The notes: generated from the letters alone by a model not told the origin. A DNA stretch of 64,000 bases from Oxalobacteraceae bacterium (GCA_036675035.1 JAKFFO010000119.1:16002-80001); one strand, 5' to 3'; numbered from the stretch's first letter, positions 49,816 to 60,871 are shown. Program-made: numbers and translations.

Positions 49816-52077
49816 ATGGTTTCAATAGCTGCCGCACACAATGAAACGCAGGAGCATTTGTCTGCCGGCCTCGGTGACGTGGATTCTGCGCGCGTGATGA
49901 ATGCGCTTGAGCTCGTGAAGCCGACATATGCAGCTGCGACTGTTTCGTCGGGACAGAACACCTTTGAGTTCTCGATGGGAGTGGCAGCTACGCTTGCGTT
50001 GCTGGAAGCTGATGCGGAAACTCGAATCGCGGGGTTGCTGTTTGAACTGCCGGTGATTGACTCAGCAGCCGCGGCAACGATCGAATCACGCTTCGGAACG
50101 GAAGTCGCGGAACTTGTGATTGATATTCGCAAATTGATGCGATTGCATGAAGTCACCTTCAGTCAGCATGAAATCACCGATCGCAAGAGCGCACCCCAGC
50201 AAGCTGCAGCGCAAGCGGAAACCTTGCGCAAAATGCTGTTGGCGATGGCGTCGGATATGAGGGTGGTGTTGGTTCGTCTGGCCTCGCGCGTGACGACCTT
50301 GAGATATTTTGCCGATCAGAAGATGCAAAATGAGAGAACGCGAAGATATGCTCAGGCTACTTTCGATTTATATGCACCATTGGCGAATCGGCTTGGAATC
50401 TGGCAGCTCAAATGGGAGCTGGAGGATCTCTCGTTTCGCTTTATAGAGCCGGAAGCGTATAAGCGCATTGCCCGCATGCTTGAAGAAAAGCGCATGGAGC
50501 GTGAAGGATTCGTCAGCTCCGCAATTGCACGATTGCGCTCAGAGCTCAAGAGCGCCGGAGTCGACGCGGAGGTATCCGGACGACCTAAGCATATTTACAG
50601 CATCTGGACCAAGATGCATGGAAAGGAACTGGAATTTTCGGAACTGTATGACGTCCGTGCTTTTCGCGTGATCGTCGATGAAGTCAAGACTTGCTATTCC
50701 GTGCTCGGGATCGTCCACAATATCTGGACCCCGATTCCGGAAGAGTTCGACGATTACATTTCACGTCCGAAACCGAACGGATATCGATCGCTGCATACCG
50801 TGGTCGTCGCCGACGACGGCCGCCCGCTGGAAGTGCAGATACGTACTCGCGACATGCATCATTTTGCGGAGTATGGCGTCGCCGCACACTGGCGTTATAA
50901 AGAAGGCGGAGGCGCGCAAGCGGCCGGCCAGAAATATGACGAGAAAATCGCATGGCTGCGACAATTGCTGGCATGGAAAAATGAAGTTGTCGACGCTGTC
51001 GCCAGCCAGGAAGAGAGTCATCGCGAATGGGTTGAGAAACTCAAGTCCGCGACGCTCGATGACCGCATATACATATTGACCCCGCAGGCACGTGTCATCG
51101 AACTGCCGAACGGCGCGACGCCAATCGATTTTGCTTACCATCTGCACAGCGATGTCGGCCATCGCTGCCGCGGTGCGCGCGTCGACGGCGCGATGGTGCC
51201 TCTCAATACGCCATTGAAGAACGGTCAAACGGTCGAGATCATTACCGCCAAGGGAGGAGCCACAGCCGCTGGCCCGTCGCGTGACTGGCTCAGCGCGGGC
51301 TTCACTGCCAGCCCCCGCACGCGATCGAAAGTGCGGGCCTGGTTCAATGCGATTGATAAGCAGGAGACCCTCGCCACCGGCCGCAGCCTGATTGATAAAA
51401 CGTTGCAGCGTGAGGGCAAGACCGCGGTCAATCTGGAGGAATTGGCGCATAAGCTCGGCTTTGCAAAGCTCGACGATTTGTTGCTGGCGGTTGGCAAGGA
51501 ACAGTTCAGCTTGCGTCATGTCGAGCATGCGCTGCATGAGGGGGAGGCGCCGAAGGAGGGGGGCGCCCAAATCAACCCCGATGACGCCCTCATCCCGCGA
51601 AAAAGCCGCGCGTCGAGCGTCGTGCATGGTGCAAAATCGGGCGTGCTGGTTGTCGGCACCGACGGTTTGATGACCCAGCTGGCAAGATGCTGCAAGCCGG
51701 CACCGCCCGACGAAATCGTCGGATTCATTACCCGCGGCCGAGGCGTGTCGATTCACCGCGCGAGCTGCAAAAATTTTATGGAAATGCGTATTCGGGCTCC
51801 CGAGCGTGTGATCGAAACGGAATGGGGCGGCGCTGGTTCGGAAACCGTTTATCCGGTCGATATTTTCGTTCTTGCAAGCGATCGCCAGGGATTGTTGCGC
51901 GATATTTCCGAGATTTTTCTGCGCGAGAAAATCAACGTGATCGGTGTAAGCACGCAAAGCGCAAAAGGGCATGCAAGAATGGCATTTACCGCTGAAATTT
52001 CGTCAACCGCACAACTGCTCAAGGCGCTGGGCGTCATACGTGAAGTGGACGGTGTGCAGGAAGTTCGTCGCCAGTAA
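49816..52077 (+). CDS. relA: GTP pyrophosphokinase, RelA-type long RSH
   Basis: 753 aa. Synthetase core HIYSIWTKMHGKELEFSELYDVRAFRVIV...YRSLHTVV, with TGS and C-terminal ACT regions. No HD dyad visible in the N-terminal pseudo-hydrolase region. Confidence 0.88.
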   Translation: MVSIAAAHNETQEHLSAGLGDVDSARVMNALELVKPTYAAATVSSGQNTFEFSMGVAATLALLEADAETRIAGLLFELPVIDSAAAATIESRFGTEVAELVIDIRKLMRLHEVTFSQHEITDRKSAPQQAAAQAETLRKMLLAMASDMRVVLVRLASRVTTLRYFADQKMQNERTRRYAQATFDLYAPLANRLGIWQLKWELEDLSFRFIEPEAYKRIARMLEEKRMEREGFVSSAIARLRSELKSAGVDAEVSGRPKHIYSIWTKMHGKELEFSELYDVRAFRVIVDEVKTCYSVLGIVHNIWTPIPEEFDDYISRPKPNGYRSLHTVVVADDGRPLEVQIRTRDMHHFAEYGVAAHWRYKEGGGAQAAGQKYDEKIAWLRQLLAWKNEVVDAVASQEESHREWVEKLKSATLDDRIYILTPQARVIELPNGATPIDFAYHLHSDVGHRCRGARVDGAMVPLNTPLKNGQTVEIITAKGGATAAGPSRDWLSAGFTASPRTRSKVRAWFNAIDKQETLATGRSLIDKTLQREGKTAVNLEELAHKLGFAKLDDLLLAVGKEQFSLRHVEHALHEGEAPKEGGAQINPDDALIPRKSRASSVVHGAKSGVLVVGTDGLMTQLARCCKPAPPDEIVGFITRGRGVSIHRASCKNFMEMRIRAPERVIETEWGGAGSETVYPVDIFVLASDRQGLLRDISEIFLREKINVIGVSTQSAKGHARMAFTAEISSTAQLLKALGVIREVDGVQEVRRQ

Positions 52078-52186
52078 CCGGCAAAGCGCATATGCACCGC
52101 TGAAACAATGCCAGGCAGGGATCAATGCAAGCCATGAAATGTGGCACTAGCGGAAATGCAGGATTGTCGTTATAATTTCGCTTCTT

Positions 52187-52263
52187 TAGGCGCGTAGCTC
52201 AGCTGGTTAGAGCACTACCTTGACATGGTAGGGGTCGTTGGTTCGAGTCCAATCGTGCCTACC
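52187..52263 (+). tRNA. tRNA-Val (anticodon GAC)
   Basis: 77 nt. Acceptor aggcgcg/cgtgcct, D-loop agctcagctggttagagc, anticodon loop ttGACat, T-loop ggttcgagtcc, encoded CCA. tataat at 52170-52175 is a possible -10. Confidence 0.93.
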
Positions 52264-52390
52264 AACGAAAATTGGTAATCACATCCTGTAAGAGCGAGAA
52301 AGGCAACCCGGTTATGACACCGCGAACGAGTACCATCATGGTTTCGGAGCGACGCTAGTCGGGATCTTTTTCGTCATTGCAACTTGAAAA

Positions 52391-52417
52391 AGCGCGGCTG
52401 GTCCGCGTTTTTTTTCG
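52391..52417 (+). terminator. terminator between tRNA-Val and thrS
   Basis: Stem agcgcgg/ccgcgtt (7 bp, 1 G-U) with loop ctggt, followed by a T-run of 8. Confidence 0.55.
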
Positions 52418-52480
52418 TCCGTATTTTTTGCTGTCTTGTATATTTCTAGCCTGGCAATCCACGCCGGCATGGAGAAGAAA

Positions 52481-54388
52481 ATGATTTCAGTCCGCCTTCC
52501 CGATGGTTCACAACGTCAATTCGATAATCCGGTCACGGTCGGCCAGGTTGCAGCCAGCATTGGCAGCGGCCTTGCAAAGGCAGCGCTTGCCGGAAAGGTA
52601 GATGGAAAACTGGTTGACACTTCTTTTCTGATAGATCGCGATGCCGATTTGGCGATTGTGACCGACAAGGATGCCGATGGACTGGAAGTGATCCGTCATT
52701 CAACAGCGCATTTGCTTGCATACGCTGTCAAGGAGCTTTTTCCGGATGCGCAAGTCACGATCGGTCCGGTCATCGACAACGGTTTTTATTACGATTTTTC
52801 ATACAAGCGCCCATTCACGCCGGAAGACCTGACGGCAATCGAAAAGAAAATGGCGGAGCTCGCCAAAAAGGACGAGCCGGTTACCCGTACCGTATTGCCG
52901 CGCGATGAGGCTGTTGCCTATTTCAAGTCGATCGGCGAAGCATACAAGGCGGAGATCATCGAATCGATTCCGGCCGATCAGGACGTGTCGCTGTATGCGG
53001 AAGGCAAGTTCACCGACCTGTGCCGCGGTCCGCATGTCCCGTCTACCGGCAGGCTGAAAGTTTTCAAGCTGATGAAACTGGCCGGTGCCTACTGGCGCGG
53101 CGATTCCAAAAACGAAATGCTGCAGCGGATCTACGGCACCGCGTGGGCGAAAAAGGAAGAGCAGGAAGCGTATCTGCACATGCTCGAAGAAGCGGAAAAG
53201 CGCGACCACCGCAAGCTCGGCCGCGCACTGGACCTGTTCCATTTCCAAGATGAGGCGCCGGGCTTGATTTTCTGGCATCCGAAGGGGTGGATCGTCTGGC
53301 AGCAAGTTGAACAGTACATGCGGCGCGTGTATCAGGATAACGGGTACCAGGAAGTCAAGGCGCCGCAGATTCTTGACCGCAGCCTTTGGGAAAAATCCGG
53401 CCATTGGGAGAACTACAAGGAAAACATGTTCACCACCGAATCGGAGAATCGCTCTTATGCGCTGAAGCCGATGAATTGCCCCGGGCATGTGCAGATTTTC
53501 CGTTCCAACATGCATTCATATCGCGAGTTGCCGCTGCGCTATGGAGAATTCGGTCAATGCCACCGGAATGAGCCGTCCGGGTCACTGCACGGCATGATGC
53601 GCGTGCGCGGGTTTACGCAGGACGACGGCCATATTTTTTGTACCGAAGACCAGATCCTCGATGAGTGCGTGGCATTCACCGCGCTGCTGCAGAAGGTGTA
53701 TCGCGATTTTGGTTTTACCGATGTCATTTACAAGGTGGCAACTCGGCCGGAGAAGCGTGTCGGATCCGACGAAGCGTGGGATAAAGCTGAAAATGCATTG
53801 ATTGAATCCCTTAAGCGCTCTGGGTACGAATTCGAGATTTCGCCGGGAGAGGGCGCATTCTATGGACCGAAAATCGAATACACGCTGAAAGATGCGATTG
53901 GCCGAATGTGGCAATGCGGTACGATGCAGGTCGACTTTTCGATGCCGGTACGCCTGGAGGCAGAGTATGTGGCTGAGGACAACACTCGCAAAATTCCAGT
54001 CATGCTGCATCGTGCGATTCTCGGGTCGTTGGAGCGCTTTATCGGGATGCTCATAGAGAACTATTCTGGCGCATTGCCGTTATGGCTGGCGCCGGTACAG
54101 GTTGTCGTATTGAATATATCGGATGCCCAGGCTGATTATGCGCAAAGCGTCGCACAAAACCTGAAAAAACAAGGGTTTAGAGTACATGCCGATTTGCGTA
54201 ACGAGAAAATAACCTATAAAATACGCGAACATTCCGTCCAGAAGGTGCCTTATATCGTCGTTGTGGGCGACAAAGAGCGGGACGCGAACACAGTGGCCGT
54301 GCGAGCGCGGGGCAATGTCGATCTAGGTGTGATGCCTGTCGATACGTTGGTGGAACGCCTGAAAAAAGAGGCCGATACCAAAGCCTGA
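52481..54388 (+). CDS. thrS: threonine--tRNA ligase
   Basis: Start chosen at ATG 52481 ([14 protein letters not shown]), with ggagaag upstream, giving 635 aa. TGS domain, [13 protein letters not shown], class II motifs [30 protein letters not shown]. Confidence 0.95.
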   Translation: MISVRLPDGSQRQFDNPVTVGQVAASIGSGLAKAALAGKVDGKLVDTSFLIDRDADLAIVTDKDADGLEVIRHSTAHLLAYAVKELFPDAQVTIGPVIDNGFYYDFSYKRPFTPEDLTAIEKKMAELAKKDEPVTRTVLPRDEAVAYFKSIGEAYKAEIIESIPADQDVSLYAEGKFTDLCRGPHVPSTGRLKVFKLMKLAGAYWRGDSKNEMLQRIYGTAWAKKEEQEAYLHMLEEAEKRDHRKLGRALDLFHFQDEAPGLIFWHPKGWIVWQQVEQYMRRVYQDNGYQEVKAPQILDRSLWEKSGHWENYKENMFTTESENRSYALKPMNCPGHVQIFRSNMHSYRELPLRYGEFGQCHRNEPSGSLHGMMRVRGFTQDDGHIFCTEDQILDECVAFTALLQKVYRDFGFTDVIYKVATRPEKRVGSDEAWDKAENALIESLKRSGYEFEISPGEGAFYGPKIEYTLKDAIGRMWQCGTMQVDFSMPVRLEAEYVAEDNTRKIPVMLHRAILGSLERFIGMLIENYSGALPLWLAPVQVVVLNISDAQADYAQSVAQNLKKQGFRVHADLRNEKITYKIREHSVQKVPYIVVVGDKERDANTVAVRARGNVDLGVMPVDTLVERLKKEADTKA

Positions 54389-54407
54389 AGGGAAACCTGA
54401 GCGCCGT

Positions 54408-54525
54408 GCAGAGTCTCACGAATAAGCGAGCAAACGAAAGCAGACTTGTACTGATGGCTTTTAAAAGGCCGTCGGAGCAGGGCAGGTTTTCAAGTTCGGT
54501 TATTCGTGAGACTTTGCATTTTTGT
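54408..54525 (+). promoter_or_regulatory. long-range inverted repeat (possible terminator/attenuator) between thrS and infC
   Basis: gcagagtctcacgaataa (54408-54425) pairs with ttattcgtgagactttgc (54500-54517). The 18 bp include 1 G-U. Followed by atttttgt. Confidence 0.35.
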
Positions 54526-54560
54526 ACTGCTTGATTATTTGATTTTTAAAGGAAACGACA

Positions 54561-55082
54561 ATAGCTACTGACAAGTCGCATCGCCTCAATGGTGAAATCA
54601 CTGCACCGGAGGTGCGGTTAAGTGGAGTTGAAAACGAACCGCTCGGTATCGTGAGTTTGGCTGAAGCTTTTCGCATGGCTGAAGAGGCAAACGTGGATCT
54701 GGTGGAAATTGCACCAACCGCGCAGCCACCGGTCTGCCGCCTGATGGACTATGGAAAGTTCAAATATCAGGAGCAAAAGAAGGCACATGAGGCCAAACTC
54801 AAACAGAAAATTATCCTGGTCAAGGAAGTGAAATTCCGACCCGGCACTGATGAAGGCGATTACAACATCAAGTTGCGCAATCTCATCAAGTTTCTGGAAG
54901 ATGGCGACAAGACCAAGATCACTCTGCGTTACCGTGGTCGCGAAATGGCGCATCAGGATATCGGCATGCGCATGCTGGAGCGACTCAAAGGCGACCTGGA
55001 GCCGTATGGACAAGTCGAGCAGTGGCCGAAAATGGAAGGCCGCCAGATGATCATGATTCTGTCGCCGAAGAAGAAGAAATAG
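54561..55082 (+). CDS. infC: translation initiation factor IF-3
   Basis: The conserved N-terminus [16 protein letters not shown] lies upstream of the first GTG (54612). The frame opens after TGA at 54540-54542. The only plausible initiator is ATA at 54561, with aaagga 8 nt upstream. 173 aa. Confidence 0.85.
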   Translation: MATDKSHRLNGEITAPEVRLSGVENEPLGIVSLAEAFRMAEEANVDLVEIAPTAQPPVCRLMDYGKFKYQEQKKAHEAKLKQKIILVKEVKFRPGTDEGDYNIKLRNLIKFLEDGDKTKITLRYRGREMAHQDIGMRMLERLKGDLEPYGQVEQWPKMEGRQMIMILSPKKKK

Positions 55083-55254
55083 TACGTTTCAGGAATAGAG
55101 TTTCGTGCAAATCGTTTCGAACAAAACGGTTTGCACAAATAGCGGCAGACTCGATTCTGCCGCATGACAAGTGAGAGCAGGCACCCAAGCGTAACGTAGT
55201 GTTGCCACCTGCAATCATGTTAAATATGGAGCTGTCCACAGGACAGTTATTGTT

Positions 55255-55452
55255 ATGCCTAAAATGAAAACGAAGAGCAGCGCCAAAAAGCGCTTTCGCG
55301 TCCGTCCGGGTGGCACCGTCAAATGCGGCCATGCGTTCAAGCGTCATATTCTGACCAAAAAAACGACCAAGAATAAACGCCAGTTGCGCGGTATTACCAA
55401 TGTCAATGCAAATGACGTCGTCTCCGTCATGCGCATGATGCCGAACGCTTAA
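55255..55452 (+). CDS. rpmI: 50S ribosomal protein L35
   Basis: 65 aa. [16 protein letters not shown]. Confidence 0.96.
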   Translation: MPKMKTKSSAKKRFRVRPGGTVKCGHAFKRHILTKKTTKNKRQLRGITNVNANDVVSVMRMMPNA

Positions 55453-55479
55453 CCTCATACTCAACACTAAGGAGTTACC

Positions 55480-55839
55480 ATGCCTAGAGTAAAACGTGGG
55501 GTTACAGCGAGAGCCCGTCACAAGAAAGTCCTCGATCAGGCCAAAGGCTATCGTGGCCGTCGCAGTAAAGTCTATCGGATTGCCAAGCAAGCGGTCATGC
55601 GCGCAGGTCAATATGCCTATCGCGACCGTCGCAACAAGAAACGCGTTTTCCGCGCCTTGTGGATTACCCGTATCAATGCCGCATCGCGTGAGCATGGCAT
55701 GACCTACAGCGTATTCATGAACGGCCTCAAGAAAGCGTCAATCGGACTGGACCGCAAAGTTCTGGCCGATATGGCAGTGATGGACAAGCCGGCATTTGCC
55801 GCGATTGTCAATCAGGTGAAGGCCAACATCGCTGCTTAA
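55480..55839 (+). CDS. rplT: 50S ribosomal protein L20
   Basis: 119 aa. [18 protein letters not shown]...[22 protein letters not shown]. Confidence 0.97.
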   Translation: MPRVKRGVTARARHKKVLDQAKGYRGRRSKVYRIAKQAVMRAGQYAYRDRRNKKRVFRALWITRINAASREHGMTYSVFMNGLKKASIGLDRKVLADMAVMDKPAFAAIVNQVKANIAA

Positions 55840-55879
55840 GTACTTGTACACATCGCTTCGGTGATGCTGCACTACCCTG

Positions 55880-55919
55880 GCGGGGCAAGGTCCACACCTG
55901 TGCCCCGCTTTATTTTTTG
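55880..55919 (+). terminator. rho-independent terminator after rplT
   Basis: Stem gcggggca (55880-55887) / tgccccgc (55901-55908), then tttattttttg. Confidence 0.65.
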
Positions 55920-55960
55920 AGCTTCTTTTCGGCTTCCTTTGAAGGAGCGGGAAACATCGC

Positions 55961-56977
55961 ATGAATCCCCTAGAACAACTTGTAATTCAGGCACAGGCCG
56001 ACTTCGCCGCTGCGCAGGATGCGGCCGCGCTCGAAAACGCGAAAGCACAGTACCTTGGCAAGACCGGGAAGATCACCGAGCAAATGAAAGGTCTTGGCAA
56101 GCTCGGTCCGGACGAGCGCAAGGTGCAGGGCGCGGTGATCAATGTAGCCAAGGAAAAAATCGAAGCGGCGCTTACCGCCCGTCGCGATGCGCTTACAAAT
56201 GCGCAGATGCAGGTTCGCCTGAATGCGGAAGCGATCGACGTGACATTGCCGGGCAGAGGCCGCGGAATGGGCGGCATCCATCCGGTGATGCGCACCTGGC
56301 AACGGATCGAGGAGATTTTCGGATCGATCGGATTCGATGTCGCGGACGGTCCGGAAATCGAAACCGACTGGACCAACTTCACGGCACTGAACAGCCCAGA
56401 AAATCATCCGGCGCGCTCTATGCAGGATACCTTCTACATTGAAGGCAACGACACCCAAGGCAAACCGCTGCTGCTGCGCACCCACACCAGCCCGATGCAG
56501 GTGCGCTATGCGCGCATGAACAAGCCTCCAATCAAGGTGATCGCACCTGGGCGTACCTACCGCGTCGATAGCGATGCGACCCATTCACCGATGTTTCACC
56601 AGGTAGAGGGCTTGTGGATTGCGGAAGACATCAGCTTCGCCGATTTGAAAGGCGTCTACCTGAATTTCGTTCGCGCGTTTTTTGAAACCGACGATTTGCA
56701 GGTCCGCTTTCGGCCCTCTTATTTTCCATTCACCGAGCCATCGGCTGAAATCGATATTGCTTTCGGCAGCGGCCCGCTCAAGGGGCGCTGGCTGGAAGTG
56801 TCCGGTGCCGGGCAGGTACATCCGACGGTGGTGCGCAACATGGGGCTGGATCCGGATCAGTACATCGGCTTCGCGTTTGGATCGGGCATCGAGCGCCTGA
56901 CCATGCTGCGCTACGGTATCAGCGATTTGCGCCTGTTTTATGAAGGCGATTTGCGTTTCCTGAAACAATTCAATTAA
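55961..56977 (+). CDS. pheS: phenylalanine--tRNA ligase alpha subunit
   Basis: 338 aa. class II motifs [38 protein letters not shown]. Confidence 0.96.
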   Translation: MNPLEQLVIQAQADFAAAQDAAALENAKAQYLGKTGKITEQMKGLGKLGPDERKVQGAVINVAKEKIEAALTARRDALTNAQMQVRLNAEAIDVTLPGRGRGMGGIHPVMRTWQRIEEIFGSIGFDVADGPEIETDWTNFTALNSPENHPARSMQDTFYIEGNDTQGKPLLLRTHTSPMQVRYARMNKPPIKVIAPGRTYRVDSDATHSPMFHQVEGLWIAEDISFADLKGVYLNFVRAFFETDDLQVRFRPSYFPFTEPSAEIDIAFGSGPLKGRWLEVSGAGQVHPTVVRNMGLDPDQYIGFAFGSGIERLTMLRYGISDLRLFYEGDLRFLKQFN

Positions 56978-57047
56978 CCATGCGCCGCAGGGCTTGACGC
57001 ACCGAGCGAATTGCCCTGCGATGCATTGCAACTGTCACGGCTGAATT

Positions 57048-59477
57048 ATGCAATTTTCTGAAAACTGGCTTCGCACCATGGTCGATCCGAAAATGACGTC
57101 GGATGAGCTGGCGCATTTGCTCACCATGTCAGGGCTGGAAGTCGAAGAGGTCGAGCCTGTCGCACCGCCATTTTCCAATGTGGTCGTTGCCAAGGTACTG
57201 GAAATCGCCAAGCATCCGAACGCGGATCGACTCAATGTATGCCAGGTCGATGCGGGTACCGGCACATTGCTGAATATCGTTTGCGGTGCGCCGAATGTGC
57301 GGACTGGAATGAAAGTTGTTTGTGCGATGGCAGGAGCGGTCCTGCCTCCGGGCGATAACGGCAAACCGTTTGAAATCAAGGTCGGCCAGCTGCGCGGCGT
57401 CGAGTCGCAGGGAATGCTGTGTTCTGCACGCGAACTGCACTTGTCCGACGATCATGGCGGCCTGATCGATTTGCCGGATGATGCACCGGTGGGCCAGAAT
57501 TTCCGCGACTACTATCAGCTCAACGATCTTAAATTCACAATCAAGCTGACGCCGAACAAGGCGGACTGCCTGTCGGTACTCGGTGTCGCGCGCGAGGTGT
57601 CTGCACTGACCGGAGCGCCGCTCAAGGCACCGTCGTACCAAACGGCCGCTGTAACGATCGACGACAAGTTGCCGGTAAAGATTTCCGCCACCGATTTGTG
57701 CGGACGCTTTTCCGGGCGGATTATTCGCGGCCTTAACGCCAGAGCCGCAACGCCGGACTGGATGAAGCGCCGTCTGGAACGTAGCGGACAGCGTTCGATT
57801 TCTGCGCTGGTCGATATTTCGAACTATGTGATGCTTGAACTGGGCCGTCCGACCCACGTGTTCGATCTTGAAAAGATCCATGGCGGACTGGATATTCGTT
57901 GGGGCAGGCAAGGCGAATCCCTGAAGCTGTTGAACGGAAACACGGTTGAGGTGGATGACTGGATCGGCGTGATTGCGGATGAGCGTGAGATCGAATCGCT
58001 CGCCGGCATCATGGGGGGAGATGCGACTGCCGTGTCGCTCGATACGCAGAATATTTATCTTGAAGCCGCATTCTGGTGGCCGCAGGCGATCCAGGGGCGT
58101 GCGCGCCGATACAATTTCTCTACCGATGCGGCACACCGTTTTGAGCGCGGCGTCGATTATGCAACGACGGTCGACCATATCGAACGCATCACCGCGCTGA
58201 TCGTGGAAATTTGCGGGCAAAAGGGAAAAACCGAAATCGGGCCGGTCGACGATCACATTGCCAACCTGCCGCAACGGAATCCGGTCCGAGTGCGCACCGC
58301 ACGTGCCGCGAAGGTAATCGGCGTGTCCTTTTCCGATGGACAGATTGCAGACATCTTCTCGCGCCTGGGCCTGGCTTTTACGCAGGAGCCTGGTGTGTTT
58401 GCGGTGACGCCGCCATCGTTTCGCTTCGATATCGAAATCGAGGAAGACCTGATCGAAGAGATTGCGCGCGTCTACGGTTTTGAAAACATCCCGGCGCTGC
58501 CGCCGGTTGCGCCGAATGCGATGCATATTGCACCAGAAAACCGGCGCTCGTTGTTCACCGTTCGCCGTCAGCTGGCCGATCTGGATTATCAGGAAGTGAT
58601 CAACTTCAGCTTTGTCGAAGAAGCATGGGAAGCCGACTTTGCCGGGAATCGCAATCCGATCAAACTGCTGAATCCGATTGCCAGCCAGATGAGCGTGATG
58701 CGCTCATCGCTGGTCGGCAGCCTGATTGCCAATGTGCGATACAACCTGAATCGCAAGGCGAACCGGGTGCGCATATTCGAAACCGGCGCAGTATACCTCC
58801 GCAATCCGCACATTCAGGACGGGCCCTTGTCGGTAGCCGGATACGATCAGCCGAAAAGGGTGGCTGCACTTGCTTATGGCCCGGTCACCGACGAGCAATG
58901 GGGGCAGTCCGCACGCAATGTCGATTATTTCGATATCAAGGCGGATCTGGAAGCGCTGTTCACTCCCAAAGCGCTGCGCTTTGCGCGGCTCGAACACCCG
59001 GCGCTGCACCCGGGGCGTTCGGCGGAGATTTTGCTGGATGATCGCCCAATCGGATTCATCGGAGAATTGCATCCGCGTTGGCAGCAAAAATATGACTTGC
59101 CATTGGCGCCTGTCCTTTTTGAAGTGAGCGCCGATGCGCTTCAGATGCGGGAAATACCGGTGTATCAAGAAATTTCCAGATTTCCGGCAGTGACGCGCGA
59201 TATTGCACTAGTGGTGCGGCAGACGGTTGCAGCACAAGATATGATCGACACTTTTATTGCAACAAAACAAGAAACGGATGCATGTCGTATTCTGCAAGCC
59301 GTTGTTTTATTTGATGAATATCGGGGAAAAGGTTTGGAAGCGAACGAAAAAAGCCTTGCGTTCCGACTGACCTTGCAAGATACTCAAACTACCCTGCAGG
59401 ACGACGCCGTAGACACGGCAATCGCAGCCTTTGTTGAGGCGGCGAATAAAAAACATGGCGCGAAATTACGCGCCTGA
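57048..59477 (+). CDS. pheT: phenylalanine--tRNA ligase beta subunit
   Basis: 809 aa. N-terminal tRNA-binding domain [25 protein letters not shown]3/4 and B5 domains, C-terminal FDX-ACB. Confidence 0.96.
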   Translation: MQFSENWLRTMVDPKMTSDELAHLLTMSGLEVEEVEPVAPPFSNVVVAKVLEIAKHPNADRLNVCQVDAGTGTLLNIVCGAPNVRTGMKVVCAMAGAVLPPGDNGKPFEIKVGQLRGVESQGMLCSARELHLSDDHGGLIDLPDDAPVGQNFRDYYQLNDLKFTIKLTPNKADCLSVLGVAREVSALTGAPLKAPSYQTAAVTIDDKLPVKISATDLCGRFSGRIIRGLNARAATPDWMKRRLERSGQRSISALVDISNYVMLELGRPTHVFDLEKIHGGLDIRWGRQGESLKLLNGNTVEVDDWIGVIADEREIESLAGIMGGDATAVSLDTQNIYLEAAFWWPQAIQGRARRYNFSTDAAHRFERGVDYATTVDHIERITALIVEICGQKGKTEIGPVDDHIANLPQRNPVRVRTARAAKVIGVSFSDGQIADIFSRLGLAFTQEPGVFAVTPPSFRFDIEIEEDLIEEIARVYGFENIPALPPVAPNAMHIAPENRRSLFTVRRQLADLDYQEVINFSFVEEAWEADFAGNRNPIKLLNPIASQMSVMRSSLVGSLIANVRYNLNRKANRVRIFETGAVYLRNPHIQDGPLSVAGYDQPKRVAALAYGPVTDEQWGQSARNVDYFDIKADLEALFTPKALRFARLEHPALHPGRSAEILLDDRPIGFIGELHPRWQQKYDLPLAPVLFEVSADALQMREIPVYQEISRFPAVTRDIALVVRQTVAAQDMIDTFIATKQETDACRILQAVVLFDEYRGKGLEANEKSLAFRLTLQDTQTTLQDDAVDTAIAAFVEAANKKHGAKLRA

Positions 59478-59497
59478 TGCAGGCAGGGATGACAATC

Positions 59498-59911
59498 ATG
59501 AATGACGTGAACTCAGCCGAATTCCAATCCGTTCTCGCAGCAGATCTCAACCGGGCGGTACAGGAGGCGCAAGCGCGTACCCAAGCCGCGAAGGATCTGC
59601 CGACGCTGACCAAGGCTGAACTGGCTGAACTGCTGTTCGAGCAAGTCGGATTGAACAAGCGCGAAGCGAAGGATATGGTCGAGACGTTTTTCGACGAAAT
59701 CCGTAACGCGCTTGAACGTGGCGAATCGGTGAAACTTTCCGGCTTCGGCAACTTTCAGTTGCGCGACAAACCACAACGTCCCGGTCGTAATCCCAAGACC
59801 GGCGAAGAAATTCCAATCACCGCACGGCGCGTAGTCACTTTCCATGCCAGCCAAAAACTGAAGAGCATGGTCGAGTCGACTGACAAAACGCTCGATTTGC
59901 AGACTCTCTGA
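59498..59911 (+). CDS. ihfA: integration host factor alpha subunit (N-terminally extended form)
   Basis: [29 protein letters not shown]...[26 protein letters not shown]. The start is uncertain (in-frame ATGs at 59477, 59489, 59498). About 30 aa of extension precede the canonical IHF fold. Confidence 0.88.
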   Translation: MNDVNSAEFQSVLAADLNRAVQEAQARTQAAKDLPTLTKAELAELLFEQVGLNKREAKDMVETFFDEIRNALERGESVKLSGFGNFQLRDKPQRPGRNPKTGEEIPITARRVVTFHASQKLKSMVESTDKTLDLQTL

Positions 59912-59922
59912 TTCCATATTAG

Positions 59923-60309
59923 ATGACCGACCGCACCAGCAAGCCAGAGTTGATCGTTTTGCCTCCGATTCCGGCAAAACGCTATTTCACGATCGGTGAA
60001 GTCAGTGAGCTATGCGGCGTAAAACCGCATGTGCTTCGTTACTGGGAACAGGAGTTCACGCAGTTGAAGCCGGTCAAGCGACGTGGCAACCGGCGCTATT
60101 ATCAGCATCACGAGGTCCTGCTGATCCGCCGCATTCGCGAGCTGCTGTACGAGCAGGGTTTCACGATCAGCGGCGCCCGCAACAGGCTCGACAGCCGCAT
60201 GGTCGGCAACGGCGAACCGGAGGCAGACGTCGCGCTGCCGCCGCTGGATGTCGACACGATTGCGATTCGTAACGAGCTATCGGAAATTCTGCAGCTTCTG
60301 GAACGATAA
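59923..60309 (+). CDS. MerR-family transcriptional regulator
   Basis: 128 aa. HTH YFTIGEVSELCGVKPHVLRYWEQEF...RRGNRRYY. Confidence 0.85.
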   Translation: MTDRTSKPELIVLPPIPAKRYFTIGEVSELCGVKPHVLRYWEQEFTQLKPVKRRGNRRYYQHHEVLLIRRIRELLYEQGFTISGARNRLDSRMVGNGEPEADVALPPLDVDTIAIRNELSEILQLLER

Positions 60310-60871
60310 ACAGATTGGCGGCGCACGGCATCGCCGATCTAATTGGAAGCCTTGGCATTCGGTAGAGAGTAATTTCCGGATACCTGAAACCGTTGGACGA
60401 TGCGCTACGTTCCTTCGGATAGATTGGTCTTTCGACTTCGCATCATCATCGCTCCCATCTAGTGACGAGCCAAAAGCAGGCGCTGTATCTGAAAAATTCC
60501 GTTGTGCTTGTCCAGCCAGCCAACTCCTCAAGTGGCCGATAGCTTTTGATATACCTCCGATCGTCGCTTCGCTTCGTCTCGAGAACTCAAACACAAGCAC
60601 ATTTATTAACGAATCCGTATCGATAAAGGTGGAAACCTCGGCTCTTTTCCTTCATAACAACCCGGTTCGTCGCGGCACGCGAAGCAGCCTCTGTTTGCTA
60701 TTAATCAGGTGCGATTAAATACAGGTTGCGCATCATGAAACTCTAATGTAAATTGTTTCCTAGCGTCGGGATAAGGCGCAACGAACTGATTTACGCGCCG
60801 TGCAGAGTATTGGGAGAAGTTCAAATGCTCACTGCCGGCATTGCTCACTGAATTCATGGAGGAGACACGTC

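Noticed and set aside
52141-52158. tggcac at 52141-52146 upstream of tRNA-Val, and ggcac...ttgc near 8046-8060, considered as sigma54 -24/-12 promoters
   Set aside because: The GG-to-GC spacing does not fit the 12-nt register of the sigma54 consensus in either case.
54401-54414. 14-nt exact repeat gcgccgtgcagagt at 54401-54414 and 60795-60808
   Set aside because: By my rough estimate, several 14-mer matches are expected by chance among all position pairs in 64 kb on both strands. The flanks do not extend the match.
55864-55920. 18-codon mini-ORF MLHYPGGARSTPVPRFIF* overlapping the rplT terminator upstream of pheS, considered as a pheM-like Phe leader
   Set aside because: It has only two Phe codons, and these are simply the U-run of the terminator. 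There is no Shine-Dalgarno sequence and no alternative antiterminator pairing that I could see.
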